Origin: an uncultured Candidatus Saccharibacteria bacterium
GTDB taxonomy: Bacteria; Patescibacteriota; Minisyncoccia; Minisyncoccales; CAYZYK01
DNA length: 64,000 bases
Direction of reading: 5' to 3'
Assembly (NCBI GenBank): GCA_964507665.1
Contig: CAZDPT010000001.1
Span: forward strand, 33,912-97,911
Shown here: piece after piece, positions 9,545-18,963 of the stretch
How positions within the stretch are numbered: position 1 is the first letter of the stretch
Layout: every line of letters begins with the position of its first letter
The notes under the pieces: generated by a model
Seen by the model: only the letters and a program-made list of their open reading frames with translations
What the model was told of the DNA's origin: nothing
The model's database searches: none
Translations under genes and position numbers: made by a program

Positions 9545-9775
9545 GATATTCTCTTAAAAATTATTCCCTGGTGTAGTTTTCAGGATAATATTATTTTGAA
9601 ATTGTCAGTAATTTAGATTAAGCAAGAAAGTAATTACAAAGAGCTAAAATAGTAAGAGTATTAGGTTGATATTTAAAACACAAAAGAATATATCTTTGAC
9701 AATTTAGAGATTGAAGATTCCTCAAATAGAGCACATATATTTTAATTAGGACAGTACAATAATTTAAATAAAATT

Positions 9776-10078
9776 ATGAGAATAGTTTTAATTAGTTTGT
9801 TTTGCTTTGTTGTTTTAATTTTACCCTTTACAGTAAATGCTCAGATTACTTGGAAGCAACTCAGTGGAGGTCTTATATCAGCAGCTTGGTCTATTTTTGC
9901 AGTTGTGGTTATTTTAAGTTTTATTTACGCTGCTTTGTTGTTTCTCAGCTCAGCGGGAGAGCCAGATAAAGTTAGCAGAGCAAAAAGAGCTTTTATTTGG
10001 GGAGTAGCTGGTGTAGTAGTTGGACTTCTTGCTTTTACAATAATAAGTCTTATAAAGGGAATAGTTGGAGCATCATAA
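9776..10078 (+). CDS. small secreted/bitopic protein, paralog 5
   Basis: Signal peptide (TVNAQ), core FIYAALLFLSSAGEPDKVSRAKRAFIWGVAGVVVGLLAF...IKGIVGAS. Confidence 0.6.
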   Translation: MRIVLISLFCFVVLILPFTVNAQITWKQLSGGLISAAWSIFAVVVILSFIYAALLFLSSAGEPDKVSRAKRAFIWGVAGVVVGLLAFTIISLIKGIVGAS

Positions 10079-10114
10079 GTCTTATGAAGGAGATTTTATA
10101 CTAAAATATCTATA

Positions 10115-10414
10115 ATGAAAATGAAGAAAAAAACCTTAATTATTATACTTTTTCTTTTTGTTTTGCCTCTCGTGGCTAATGCTGGTTATCTTGACTCGAT
10201 ACTAATCGGAATTAAAAATGCAATGATTAAAATTGCAGCTGCTGTAGTGATAGTAATGTTTCTTTGGGCTGCTATATTATTTGCTACAGCTTCAGGAGAA
10301 CCAGATAAAATTACGAAAGCAAAAAAAGCTTTTATTTGGAGTATTGCTGCAGCAATAGTAGCTATTATTGCTACTTCTATGTTTAGTTTAATTAGTGAAC
10401 TTACTGGTTTATAG
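10115..10414 (+). CDS. small secreted/bitopic protein, paralog 6
   Basis: Signal peptide (LVANA), core MFLWAAILFATASGEPDKITKAKKAFIWSIAAAIVAII. Confidence 0.6.
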   Translation: MKMKKKTLIIILFLFVLPLVANAGYLDSILIGIKNAMIKIAAAVVIVMFLWAAILFATASGEPDKITKAKKAFIWSIAAAIVAIIATSMFSLISELTGL

Positions 10415-10476
10415 TATTCTTTTTAATTCTAGAGGAATATTTAGAAGTTTAAAATAATCTTATCAATTATTACTAA

Positions 10477-10929
10477 ATGAAAAGGAGTCTATTTATTTTC
10501 ATTCTTATCTGTAATATTTTTTTGGTCTCTAATATTTTTCTTATTTTTCAGCTTGAAGGTAATAATACAGAAGAACTTTTCAGTAATTCATCCTCCTTTT
10601 TAAAAGATATCTTTACAGCAGAGAAGATTTTTGCTCAAGATGGAGATGGAGAACCTATTCCACCAAAAAAAGAAATTCCTTGGACTGGTAGCACAACTTT
10701 AAATAATATTTTTTTAGGTATCGCAACCTGGATAGTTAGAATTGGAGTAACAGTTACGGTAGTTATGTTTCTTTGGGCTGCTATATTATTTGCTACAGCT
10801 GCTGGAGACCCGACCAAACTCTCCCAAGCAAAAAAAGCTGTAATTTGGGGTTTGGCTGGAGGAATAATAGTTTTTCTTTCTCAAGTGATGAGCTGGATAG
10901 TTTATGAAATTACTGGTCTTTCCTGGTAA
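10477..10929 (+). CDS. small secreted/bitopic protein, paralog 7 (longer variable N-region, 150 aa)
   Basis: Core MFLWAAILFATAAGDPTKLSQAKKAVIWGLAGGIIVFL. Extended hydrophilic segment before TM1. Confidence 0.55.
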   Translation: MKRSLFIFILICNIFLVSNIFLIFQLEGNNTEELFSNSSSFLKDIFTAEKIFAQDGDGEPIPPKKEIPWTGSTTLNNIFLGIATWIVRIGVTVTVVMFLWAAILFATAAGDPTKLSQAKKAVIWGLAGGIIVFLSQVMSWIVYEITGLSW

Positions 10930-10971
10930 TAAATTTCTATTTTAAGATATAAAAAGGTTTGGAAAATTTAT

Positions 10972-11310
10972 TTGAATCAAAGTATGAAAAAAATCTTATC
11001 TATTATAATTATTTCTAGCATTTTCATTTCTCCTATTATTGTTTCAGCTGCTGATTTATTCGAGGTACCAGAGAAAACCTTAGAGAATGTAAAAACAACA
11101 GTTATAAATATATTAAAGGCTCTTGTTTGGACAGTAACCATAGTTATGTTCGTTTACGCTGGAATTTTATTTCTTACCTCAGCAGGAGCTCCAGATAAAC
11201 TCGGAAAAGCAAAAAAAGCGTTTATTTGGGGAATAGGGGGAGTAATAGTGATTGGAATAGGTTTTGCAATAGAAACCATTGTAAGTGAATTGTTTGGTTT
11301 AAGTTTCTAA
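10972..11310 (+). CDS. small secreted/bitopic protein, paralog 8
   Basis: Signal peptide (IVSAAD), core MFVYAGILFLTSAGAPDKLGKAKKAFIWGIGGVIVIGIGF. Confidence 0.6.
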   Translation: MNQSMKKILSIIIISSIFISPIIVSAADLFEVPEKTLENVKTTVINILKALVWTVTIVMFVYAGILFLTSAGAPDKLGKAKKAFIWGIGGVIVIGIGFAIETIVSELFGLSF

Positions 11311-11387
11311 ATTATTTTTATTGGGTACTTTTTATCTGTTTTGGAAATAAAAATTAATAATTCATAGAATAAAATTTTTCAAAAAAT

Positions 11388-11714
11388 ATGAATAAAATTT
11401 TATTAAATCTCAGTCTTACTATTCTTATCGTCAGCATTTTAGTTTTACCTTTTGAAGTTATCGCAGCAGGAGATAGTGGTATAACTGAGATTAAAAATAA
11501 AATTAAAGAATTAGGAAAACTAGCCTGGACTATTTTAGTTTCTTTAGCAGTAGTAATGTTTGTATATGCTGGAATTTTATTTCTGATATCTTCGGGATCT
11601 CCAGATAAACTCGGAAAAGCAAAAAAAACGTTTATTTGGGGAATTGCTGGGCTGATACTGGGTCTCTTAGCATTTTGGCTAGTAGAAATTATTTCAGGAA
11701 AGGCTGCTTGGTGA
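11388..11714 (+). CDS. small secreted/bitopic protein, paralog 9
   Basis: Signal peptide (EVIAAGD), core MFVYAGILFLISSGSPDKLGKAKKTFIWGIAGLILGLLAF. Confidence 0.6.
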   Translation: MNKILLNLSLTILIVSILVLPFEVIAAGDSGITEIKNKIKELGKLAWTILVSLAVVMFVYAGILFLISSGSPDKLGKAKKTFIWGIAGLILGLLAFWLVEIISGKAAW

Positions 11715-11732
11715 AATAATTGAAGATTACAG

Positions 11733-11814
11733 GGGCGAGTGGCGGAATTGGAAGACGCGTACGGTTTAGGACCGTATCCTGAAAAGGTTGGGGGTTCGAG
11801 TCCCTCCTCGCCCA
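11733..11814 (+). tRNA. tRNA-Leu (anticodon TAG), type II with long variable arm
   Basis: Manual fold: acceptor GGGCGAG/CTCGCCC, anticodon stem TACGG/CCGTA, loop TTTAGGA, T-loop TTCGAGT, discriminator A, no encoded CCA. Confidence 0.8.
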
Positions 11815-11824
11815 TACAAAAATT

Positions 11825-11852
11825 AAAACTCCAGTAAGTTTACTGGAGTTTT
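11825..11852. terminator. bidirectional intrinsic terminator (12-bp stem aaaactccagta/tactggagtttt, loop agtt) between tRNA-Leu and convergent hsp20
   Basis: Perfect hairpin flanked by an A-run upstream and a T-run downstream. Confidence 0.7.
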
Positions 11853-11873
11853 GTAGTTGAAAGACTTTATCTT

Positions 11874-12290
11874 TTATTTCAGATCTATTTCTTTTTTTTC
11901 GTCTTTTTGGAGTTTTGGCATTTTTATTTTAAGAATTCCATTTTCCATTGAAGCATCAATTTGGGAAGTATTTACATTTTGGGGGACAATTATTTTGCGA
12001 GAGAAGGGTCCCCAATAACATTCTTTGTAAAAATAATTTTTATCTTCAGTATCCACAGGATTTTCACGATCCCCTTTTATTAAAAGCATATCTTTTTCAA
12101 CGGAAATATCAATATCTTCTCTTGAAACTCCACCTGTGGCTGCCATTACAATAAAGTCTGTTTTTGTTTCATAGACATCAACTGCTAATTTCCCTTCTGT
12201 TTGAAGTATTCCTCTTTTTTTATTCTCTTTCTTTTTCTTTTTCGAACTGGATTTTTTTTGTTTGATTTTAATTTTTTTTGAAAAAAGCAT
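11874..12290 (-). CDS. small heat-shock protein, Hsp20/alpha-crystallin family
   Basis: Alpha-crystallin domain (VDVYETKTDFIVMAATGGVSREDIDISVEKDMLLIKG ... GILKIKMPK). K-rich N-terminal extension. Confidence 0.75.
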   Translation of the reverse strand: MLFSKKIKIKQKKSSSKKKKKENKKRGILQTEGKLAVDVYETKTDFIVMAATGGVSREDIDISVEKDMLLIKGDRENPVDTEDKNYFYKECYWGPFSRKIIVPQNVNTSQIDASMENGILKIKMPKLQKDEKKEIDLK

Positions 12291-12346
12291 AATTTTTATT
12301 ATCTAAACACAGATTTTTATAGACTTTATTTATTTTGTAATCTAAA

Positions 12347-13066
12347 TTATTTAATTTTACAAATACTTTTTATTTTTTTGAGTTTCTTGAATCCACGAGA
12401 AACAAATAGAGCAAGAAAAATTAAGATAATGCTAGGAATAAGAATTTTAAGTGGTCCTTCTATTTCTATTATAGAAAAATTATAGAGACCGTGCAAAAGG
12501 ACAGCTATTGTTAATCCTGAGAATAAAAAAGTTTTTCTTTGTTTTAAAAAAGAAAGAGCTAAAAAATATCCTATTGTTCCCGAACATAAAGCGTGGAGAA
12601 ATGTTGCTGAGATAAAACGAAAGAGAGCAAGCCCTGTACTGGCTAGTAAATTAGGATAAATACTTAAGAAAATAAAGATATTTTCTAAAGTAGCAAATCC
12701 CAGAGCAGCAATTATCATATAAAGGATAACATCTACTGGTTCATCAAGTTGGGGATGTTTTAATACTCCCCATTTTACTGTTAAGTATTTTAATATTTCT
12801 TCGGTGAAGCCAACTATTATAAACCAATCAAAAATGAGGATAAAAAGGGTTAATAAATCAGATTTTATTATTTCCAAAAGAGAAACTAATTGACTTTCAA
12901 CTATTATCTCTATTAAAACCGCCACAATAGCTGCTAGCATACCATAGAAAAATATTTTCAAAATCATCTTGTTGGATTCAGGATGGACATCTTTTCTCAA
13001 GTAGAACAAAAGCCAGACCAAACTAGGTAAAAAACCGAGTAAAATAAAAGAGATGATTAGAAGCAT
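12347..13066 (-). CDS. polytopic intramembrane metalloprotease, PrsW/CPBP-like
   Basis: Multiple TM helices with the ordered motifs EExxK (GFTEEILKY), FxxxH (FLHALCSG) and HxxxN (HGLYNF). Confidence 0.55.
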   Translation of the reverse strand: MLLIISFILLGFLPSLVWLLFYLRKDVHPESNKMILKIFFYGMLAAIVAVLIEIIVESQLVSLLEIIKSDLLTLFILIFDWFIIVGFTEEILKYLTVKWGVLKHPQLDEPVDVILYMIIAALGFATLENIFIFLSIYPNLLASTGLALFRFISATFLHALCSGTIGYFLALSFLKQRKTFLFSGLTIAVLLHGLYNFSIIEIEGPLKILIPSIILIFLALFVSRGFKKLKKIKSICKIK

Positions 13067-13112
13067 AAAATTATTAGTGGCAATTTAGTGTACTTTATTG
13101 GTTCTTCCCTGT

Positions 13113-15299
13113 TTATTTTTCAATTGACTGGGGCCATTTTTCAACTAATAGTAATTTTTTTTCTTCAATTGGTAGTTTCTGATAAAGTTCTTCTGTAATG
13201 AAAGGGCAGAAAGGATGTAGAAGCTTAAGAGAGATTACTGAGACATATAGTAATATTTTTTCTGTATTCTTTCTCTGCTCTTCATTTTTTAGTTGGGGTT
13301 TACTCTGTTCAATATAGTTGTCACAGAAATCATGCCAGAAAAAATCATAAAGTTTATGAGCTGCTTGACCGAACTCAAACCTTTCTAAATCTTTATCTAC
13401 TTGATTTATAGTCTTGTTTAATTTTTTAATTACTTTTCTATCTGCTTCTGTTAGAATTTTAAAACCTGAAACTTGATTAAGATTTTTGAATTTTGAGTTA
13501 GATTTTTCAATATTTTCTAAGAGAAACCTGGTAGCATTCCAAATCTTGTTACAGAATTTTTCTCCCATAGTAATATTATCTTCAACAAAACGAATATCCT
13601 GCCCGCCCATAATTTGGTAGGCGATACCGAATCTAGTGGCATCAGCGCCATATTTCTCTATTAATTTAATAGGATCAATTCCAGTTCCTAATGATTTTGA
13701 CATTCTTTTTCCTTCCTGAGTCAAGATTGTAGCATGAATTATTACATCTGAGAATGGAATTTTTTTCATAAACTCTTCTCCTGAAAATATCATTCTTGTT
13801 ACCCAAAGATTGATTATATCTCGAGCTGTACTCAAAACATTAGTGGGATAAAATTTCTTCAAATCTTTTGTTTCTTTAGGCCACCCTAAGGTTGCAAAGG
13901 GCCAGAGAGCAGAACTGAACCAGGTATCTAAAACATCAGTTACTTGTTTTGGTTCACATTTTCCACAAATTTTACATTCTTTTGGGTTTTTTATTGAAGC
14001 AAAGAATCTTTTTTTCATTTTTGCTGTTTTTTTTGCGTTTTGACATTCCCAGATGGGCATTCTGTGTCCCCACCAAATTTGTCTTGATATACACCAATCT
14101 CGGACTTTCTCTAGCCAATTGAAATATAATTTTTTAAAGTTTGAGGGATGAAATTTTATTTCCCCTTTTTTAACAGGATTCTTTGCTGTTTCTGCTAACT
14201 TGTCCATTTTTAAGAACCACTGCCAGGAAGGAATGAATTCAATTGTAGTTCCGCACCTGTAACACTTTGGAATTTTATGAATGTGAGATTCTGTTTTTTC
14301 TAGAAGTTCTTTCTTTTTGAGATCTTTTATAATCTTCTCTCTTGCTTTTTCAACTTCAAGATTTTGGTATTTTTTTGGTGCTTTTTTTGTAATTTTTCCT
14401 TCTTTGTCTATAACTTGAATTATTTCTAAATTATGTTTCTTTCCTATTTTATAATCGGTGAAATCATGAGCTGGAGTTACTTTAACTGCTCCTGTTCCGA
14501 ACTCAGGATCAACTAAAATGTCTTTAATGATAGGAATTTCTCTTTCAACTAGAGGTAAAATTACCTTTTCTCCTATTATATCTTTGTATCTTTTATCTTT
14601 TGGATTAACAGCAACAGCAGTATCTCCAAGCATCGTTTCGGGGCGAGTTGTTGCTACTGTAATATGACCTACCTTGTTTTTAAAAGGATAATGGATATGC
14701 CATAATTTCCCTTTTTTTTCTTCGTGTTCTAGTTCTAAATTAGATAAACTGGTGGCGCATCGGGGGCACCAATTAACAACCCTTTTACCTCGTCTTATTA
14801 AACCTTTTTTGAAATAATGAACAAAGGCTTGTTTTACTGCTTTGCTGTAATCTTCATCCATTGTAAACCTTGTTCTTGACCAATCACAAGAACTCCCCAG
14901 TTTTTTTAATTGCTTTAAGATAATATTTCCATATTTTTCTTTCCATTTCCAAACTTCTTTTATGAATTTTTTTCTTCCTAAATCAAAGCGAGTTTTACCT
15001 TCTTTTTTTAATTTTTTTTCCACTACATTCTGGGTGGCGATTCCAGCATGGTCGGTTCCCGGCAACCAGAGAGTTTTGTAACCTTCCATTCTTTTTTTTC
15101 TGATTAAAACATCTTGGATTACAGCGTTTAAAGCGTGCCCCATGTGTAACTTACCCGTAACATTAGGTGGGGGGATAGTAATACAAAAACCCTCCTTTTT
15201 ACCAGGGCAATTATCTGGATTAAAAAAACCAGATTCTTCCCACTTCTTATAGATTCTCTTCTCTACTTTTTTTGGATTGTAGGTTTTTGGAAGTTCCAT
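13113..15299 (-). CDS. valS: valyl-tRNA synthetase (short form lacking the C-terminal coiled-coil)
   Basis: HIGH region PPPNVTGKLHMGHALN (ValRS-type), KMSKS motif, 728 aa. Confidence 0.8.
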   Translation of the reverse strand: MELPKTYNPKKVEKRIYKKWEESGFFNPDNCPGKKEGFCITIPPPNVTGKLHMGHALNAVIQDVLIRKKRMEGYKTLWLPGTDHAGIATQNVVEKKLKKEGKTRFDLGRKKFIKEVWKWKEKYGNIILKQLKKLGSSCDWSRTRFTMDEDYSKAVKQAFVHYFKKGLIRRGKRVVNWCPRCATSLSNLELEHEEKKGKLWHIHYPFKNKVGHITVATTRPETMLGDTAVAVNPKDKRYKDIIGEKVILPLVEREIPIIKDILVDPEFGTGAVKVTPAHDFTDYKIGKKHNLEIIQVIDKEGKITKKAPKKYQNLEVEKAREKIIKDLKKKELLEKTESHIHKIPKCYRCGTTIEFIPSWQWFLKMDKLAETAKNPVKKGEIKFHPSNFKKLYFNWLEKVRDWCISRQIWWGHRMPIWECQNAKKTAKMKKRFFASIKNPKECKICGKCEPKQVTDVLDTWFSSALWPFATLGWPKETKDLKKFYPTNVLSTARDIINLWVTRMIFSGEEFMKKIPFSDVIIHATILTQEGKRMSKSLGTGIDPIKLIEKYGADATRFGIAYQIMGGQDIRFVEDNITMGEKFCNKIWNATRFLLENIEKSNSKFKNLNQVSGFKILTEADRKVIKKLNKTINQVDKDLERFEFGQAAHKLYDFFWHDFCDNYIEQSKPQLKNEEQRKNTEKILLYVSVISLKLLHPFCPFITEELYQKLPIEEKKLLLVEKWPQSIEK

Positions 15300-15337
15300 A
15301 TCTGTTATTTTAACACAGACAACACGATTATTAAATT

Positions 15338-16492
15338 TTACCTTATTCTCAAATTCGATTCAGCTTTTATTTTTTGCCAGGGAGTTTTATTTTCTTTGTG
15401 AAAAAATCCCGTGACCGCTGTCATTACTGCATTATCTCCTGAATATTTAATATTCGGAATTAATAATTTTGTTTCCGGAATATCTTTTTTTATTTTTTGT
15501 TTAAATTGTTTTCTTAATCCTTTATTGGCTGTAACACCACCACCCAAAAAAATACTTTTTGTTCTGTAATTTTTTGCTGCTCTGATTGTTTTTTTAATTA
15601 AAACATCAATTATTGCCTGCTGGATTTCTTTTGCTGCTTCTGTTATATATTGTTTTGATTTTCTTTGTTTTTGTTTTCTTTTTTTGAAATCATACAAGAC
15701 AGCAGTTTTTAATCCAGAGAAACTAAAATCATAATTTTTACTGTTAATCATTGGTCTCGGCAATTTTATATCAAATTCTACTTTCTTGTTCCATTGTTTT
15801 GCTTTCTTTTCAATAGCTGGTCCTCCAGGATAAGGAAGACCTAAAATCCTTGCTGTTTTATCAAAACATTCACCTGCTGCATCATCTCTTGTTTCACCGA
15901 TTATCTTGTAATTCCCGATCTCTTTCATTAGAATTAATTGAGTATGTCCTCCACTGACTACAAGAGAAATCGCAGGAAATAATTCTTTTTTTACCTTCTC
16001 TTCAATAAAATTTGAGAGAATATGGGATTCAATATGATTTACCGAGACAACAGGCAAATTCCAAGTAAGTGATAAAACTCTAGTAAAATTAATTCCTACC
16101 CAGAGACAGGGATCAAGTCCAGGACCCTGGGTTATTGCAATTAAGTTAATTTTTGGTTTTTTGTAGGTTTTTAAAAACTTTTCCAGATTATCAAAAAGAT
16201 ATTTTTCTCTTTTTAGAATCTGTTTAATTTTCTTTTCTTTTAATTTTCTTTTGTTTTTTAATTTAGAAAGAAGTTTTGCTTTTTTTAATGATTTTTCAAG
16301 AACCGGAATTAAGTTTTTTTGATGCTCTCTTTTAGCTAAAGTAGGATAGACTCCACCGTATTTTTTGTGAATTTTAACTTGTGAGGAAATGATGTTTGAT
16401 AAAACTTTAAAATGACCCCTTTTGTTTTTGGGGGTTTCAATTATAGTAACACAGGTATCATCACAAGAGGTTTCAATGCCTAAAATTTTCAT
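15338..16492 (-). CDS. tsaD: tRNA N6-adenosine threonylcarbamoyltransferase TsaD (Kae1/YgjD family) with a K-rich insertion
   Basis: N-terminal ILGIETSCDDT signature, actin-like fold motifs (GGV.AN). The track ORF begins at a TTG at 16516; the ATG at 16492 (MKILGIETSCDD) is the more plausible start. Confidence 0.8.
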   Translation of the reverse strand: MKILGIETSCDDTCVTIIETPKNKRGHFKVLSNIISSQVKIHKKYGGVYPTLAKREHQKNLIPVLEKSLKKAKLLSKLKNKRKLKEKKIKQILKREKYLFDNLEKFLKTYKKPKINLIAITQGPGLDPCLWVGINFTRVLSLTWNLPVVSVNHIESHILSNFIEEKVKKELFPAISLVVSGGHTQLILMKEIGNYKIIGETRDDAAGECFDKTARILGLPYPGGPAIEKKAKQWNKKVEFDIKLPRPMINSKNYDFSFSGLKTAVLYDFKKRKQKQRKSKQYITEAAKEIQQAIIDVLIKKTIRAAKNYRTKSIFLGGGVTANKGLRKQFKQKIKKDIPETKLLIPNIKYSGDNAVMTAVTGFFHKENKTPWQKIKAESNLRIR

Positions 16493-16571
16493 AAATCCGA
16501 AAAGAGTAAAAAACAAGTAATATTTATATTACTTGAGAAATTGATTTTTTTCAATTTTTAAGTTAAGATTA

Positions 16572-16643
16572 AGATATTGTTGGCCCTATCGTCTAACGGA
16601 AAGGACACTTGATTTTCAATCAAGCAATAGGGGTTCGATTCCC
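16572..16643 (+). tRNA. tRNA-Glu (anticodon TTC)
   Basis: Manual fold: acceptor GGCCCTA/TGGGGCC, D-arm TCGTCTAACGG..GAC, anticodon stem CTTGA/TCAAG, loop TTTTCAA, T-arm AGGGG TTCGATT CCCCT. Close match to canonical bacterial tRNA-Glu. Confidence 0.8.
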
Positions 16644-16654
16644 CTTGGGGCCAC

Positions 16655-17343
16655 ATGAATCCCAGAAACAAAAGTAAATACAAAAAGGCATTTAACTTAC
16701 GAGTTAAAGGAAAAAGTTATGGAGAAATAAAAGAAGCTTTAGGAATTCCCAAAAGCACGCTTAGTAGTTGGTTTAAGAACCTGAAATTGCCTAAATCCGC
16801 TCAAAAAATCCTTAAGAAGAAAGACAAAAAAGGTAGAAAAAATTATTAGAATTTAATAAAAAACGTAGTCAGAGAATCCGCCTTGAGAACCAAAGAATAA
16901 GAAAAAATGCTGCTAATAAAATCAAATCTTTTTCAAAATATGAACTGTTGTTGATCGGAAGTGCTCTCTATTGGGCAGAAGGATATAAAAAACAACAAAA
17001 CACAAACTCGCCTTGTATCTGCTTTGCGAACTCTGATCCAGCAATGATTCTTTTATTTCTTCGCTTTCTTCGCGAAATTATTGAAGTTCCCGAAAAAAGA
17101 ATAAGGTTATCAATTCAAATACATCCAAATCTTGACAAAAAATCTATTGTCAATTTTTGGGCGAGCATCACTGATATTTCTCAAGAACGGATTAGAACCA
17201 AGAGATGTAAGAGTCGGGCGAGCAAGGGAAAACGTCCTAAAAACACCCTTCCCTATGGGACAGCAGATGTAAGAGTTAGTAAGCGTCAATATTTTTTCAA
17301 GATTAGGGGATGGATTGATGGGATTAAAAAATTCAATACTTGA
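16655..17343 (+). pseudogene. split or frameshifted ORF pair: 64-aa basic HTH protein (16655..16849) and 131-aa ORF (16948..17343, TTG start) with a degenerate LAGLIDADG-like motif; possibly a decayed free-standing homing endonuclease
   Basis: The first ORF has an HTH (SYGEIKEALGIPKSTLSSWF). The second, in a different frame, carries LIGSALYWAEGYK (compare GFFEAEGSF variants of LAGLIDADG) followed by the hydrophobic pattern typical of that fold. Located directly 3' of tRNA-Glu. Confidence 0.3.
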
Positions 17344-17369
17344 AATAAGTTGATTGGTCTTATTATCTT

Positions 17370-18929
17370 ATGCCCAAAAAATATTTAGAAATAGCCCATG
17401 CTTCAGATTTCAAAGATTTAAGAAGAAGAAAGATTTATCGTTTCTTTGAAATGATTCCGGGAGTCTTAAGTTTGGGAACTCTTATCGGAGTTCTCTTTTT
17501 TTCTTGGATTTTACCTTCTTTTGTGGCAATTTTTATAATTCTTTTTTGTCTCTTTTATCTTTGTAAAATCTGTTATCTTTCAATTCATCAGATAATTACT
17601 TATATTAAGATGAAAAAGAATCTAAGAATTGACTGGCTAAGTAAACTTAAAAAATTAAAAACTAAGAACTGGGAAAACATTTATCATTTAATAGTTTTAC
17701 CAACTTACAAAGAAAAAAAGAAAATTATTAAGGACAGTTTGAACGCTTTGGTAAAATCAGATTATCCAAAAGAAAAGATGATAGTAGTTTTGGGAGTTGA
17801 AGAGAGGGCAGGCAAACAAGCTTTGCGAGGAGCTGAAGAGATAGAAAAAAAATACAAGAACAAATTTTATAAGTTTTCAATTACGGTTCACCCAAAAGAC
17901 ATTCCTGGCGAGGTAGCAGGAAAAGGTTCTAATGAAAGATGGGCAGTAAAAAAAGCCCATCAGAAGATAATTGATAAAGAAAAAATTCCCCATAAAGACA
18001 TTGTTGTTTCTAGTTTTGATATTGATACCAAAGTTTACCCAAAATACTTTTCTTGTTTGACATATCATTTTTTGACGACAAAAAACCCCCATAAAACAAG
18101 TTATCAACCCATCCCAGTTTATAATAACAATATTTGGCAAGTACCTGCTTTCAGTAGAGTAGTAGCAACTTCTAACACTTTCTGGCAGATGGTTCAACAA
18201 GGAAGGCCAGAAAAACTCGTTACTTATTCTTCTCACTCAATGCCCTTTCGGGTCTTTGAAGAAGTAGGATATCCTAATAATATGGTCTCTGATGATTCAA
18301 GGATTTTTTGGAAATCATATCTTCATTATAATGGAGATTATAAGGCTCTGCCCTTATATTATCCTGTTTCAATGGATGCTGTTTTAACCGATTCTCTTTT
18401 AAAAACAATAATCAATCAATACAAGCAACAAAGAAGGTGGGCTTGGGGATGTGAGGAGATTCCTTATTTGATATATGGCTTTTTGAGAAATAAAAAAATA
18501 TCTTTCTGGAATAAATTAAAACATCTTCTTGCTGTAATTGATGGTTTTTGGTCCTGGGCAACCTCTACCCTTTTAATTTTTATTCTAGGATGGTTGCCTT
18601 TAATTTTAGGAGGAGAACGATTTAGCACAAGTTTACTCTCCTATAATCTTCCCAGGTTAACTGGAAGAATTATGACTTTTGCTATGATTGGAATGGTTGT
18701 TTCTGCTATCTTAAGTATGCTTCTTTTGCCTTCCCGGCCTCAAGGAATTAAAAGAACAAAATATATCTCTTTATTTTTACAATGGCTTCTTTTACCTATT
18801 ACTTTAATATTTTTTGGGTCTTTTCCAGCTCTGGATGCTCAAATTCATTTAATGATTGGTAAGTATATGGGTTTTTGGGTTACCGAGAAATCTCGCTATC
18901 CCAGAAGCAGAAAACAACCAGAAGAATGA
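17370..18929 (+). CDS. membrane-embedded processive family-2 glycosyltransferase (cellulose/chitin-synthase-like)
   Basis: N- and C-terminal TM helices flank a GT-A domain. Contains DxD-like SFDIDTK and the Q(Q/R)xRW motif QQRRWAWG diagnostic of processive GT2 enzymes. Confidence 0.75.
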   Translation: MPKKYLEIAHASDFKDLRRRKIYRFFEMIPGVLSLGTLIGVLFFSWILPSFVAIFIILFCLFYLCKICYLSIHQIITYIKMKKNLRIDWLSKLKKLKTKNWENIYHLIVLPTYKEKKKIIKDSLNALVKSDYPKEKMIVVLGVEERAGKQALRGAEEIEKKYKNKFYKFSITVHPKDIPGEVAGKGSNERWAVKKAHQKIIDKEKIPHKDIVVSSFDIDTKVYPKYFSCLTYHFLTTKNPHKTSYQPIPVYNNNIWQVPAFSRVVATSNTFWQMVQQGRPEKLVTYSSHSMPFRVFEEVGYPNNMVSDDSRIFWKSYLHYNGDYKALPLYYPVSMDAVLTDSLLKTIINQYKQQRRWAWGCEEIPYLIYGFLRNKKISFWNKLKHLLAVIDGFWSWATSTLLIFILGWLPLILGGERFSTSLLSYNLPRLTGRIMTFAMIGMVVSAILSMLLLPSRPQGIKRTKYISLFLQWLLLPITLIFFGSFPALDAQIHLMIGKYMGFWVTEKSRYPRSRKQPEE

Positions 18930-18963
18930 AAAAGCAGTTAGTCCAGAAACTCAAGAAAGAAGA

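Noticed and set aside
11354-11815. 153-aa minus-strand ORF from the track overlapping paralog 9 and tRNA-Leu
   Set aside because: Antisense to a well-supported gene and runs through the tRNA-Leu sequence. No family signal. Treated as spurious.
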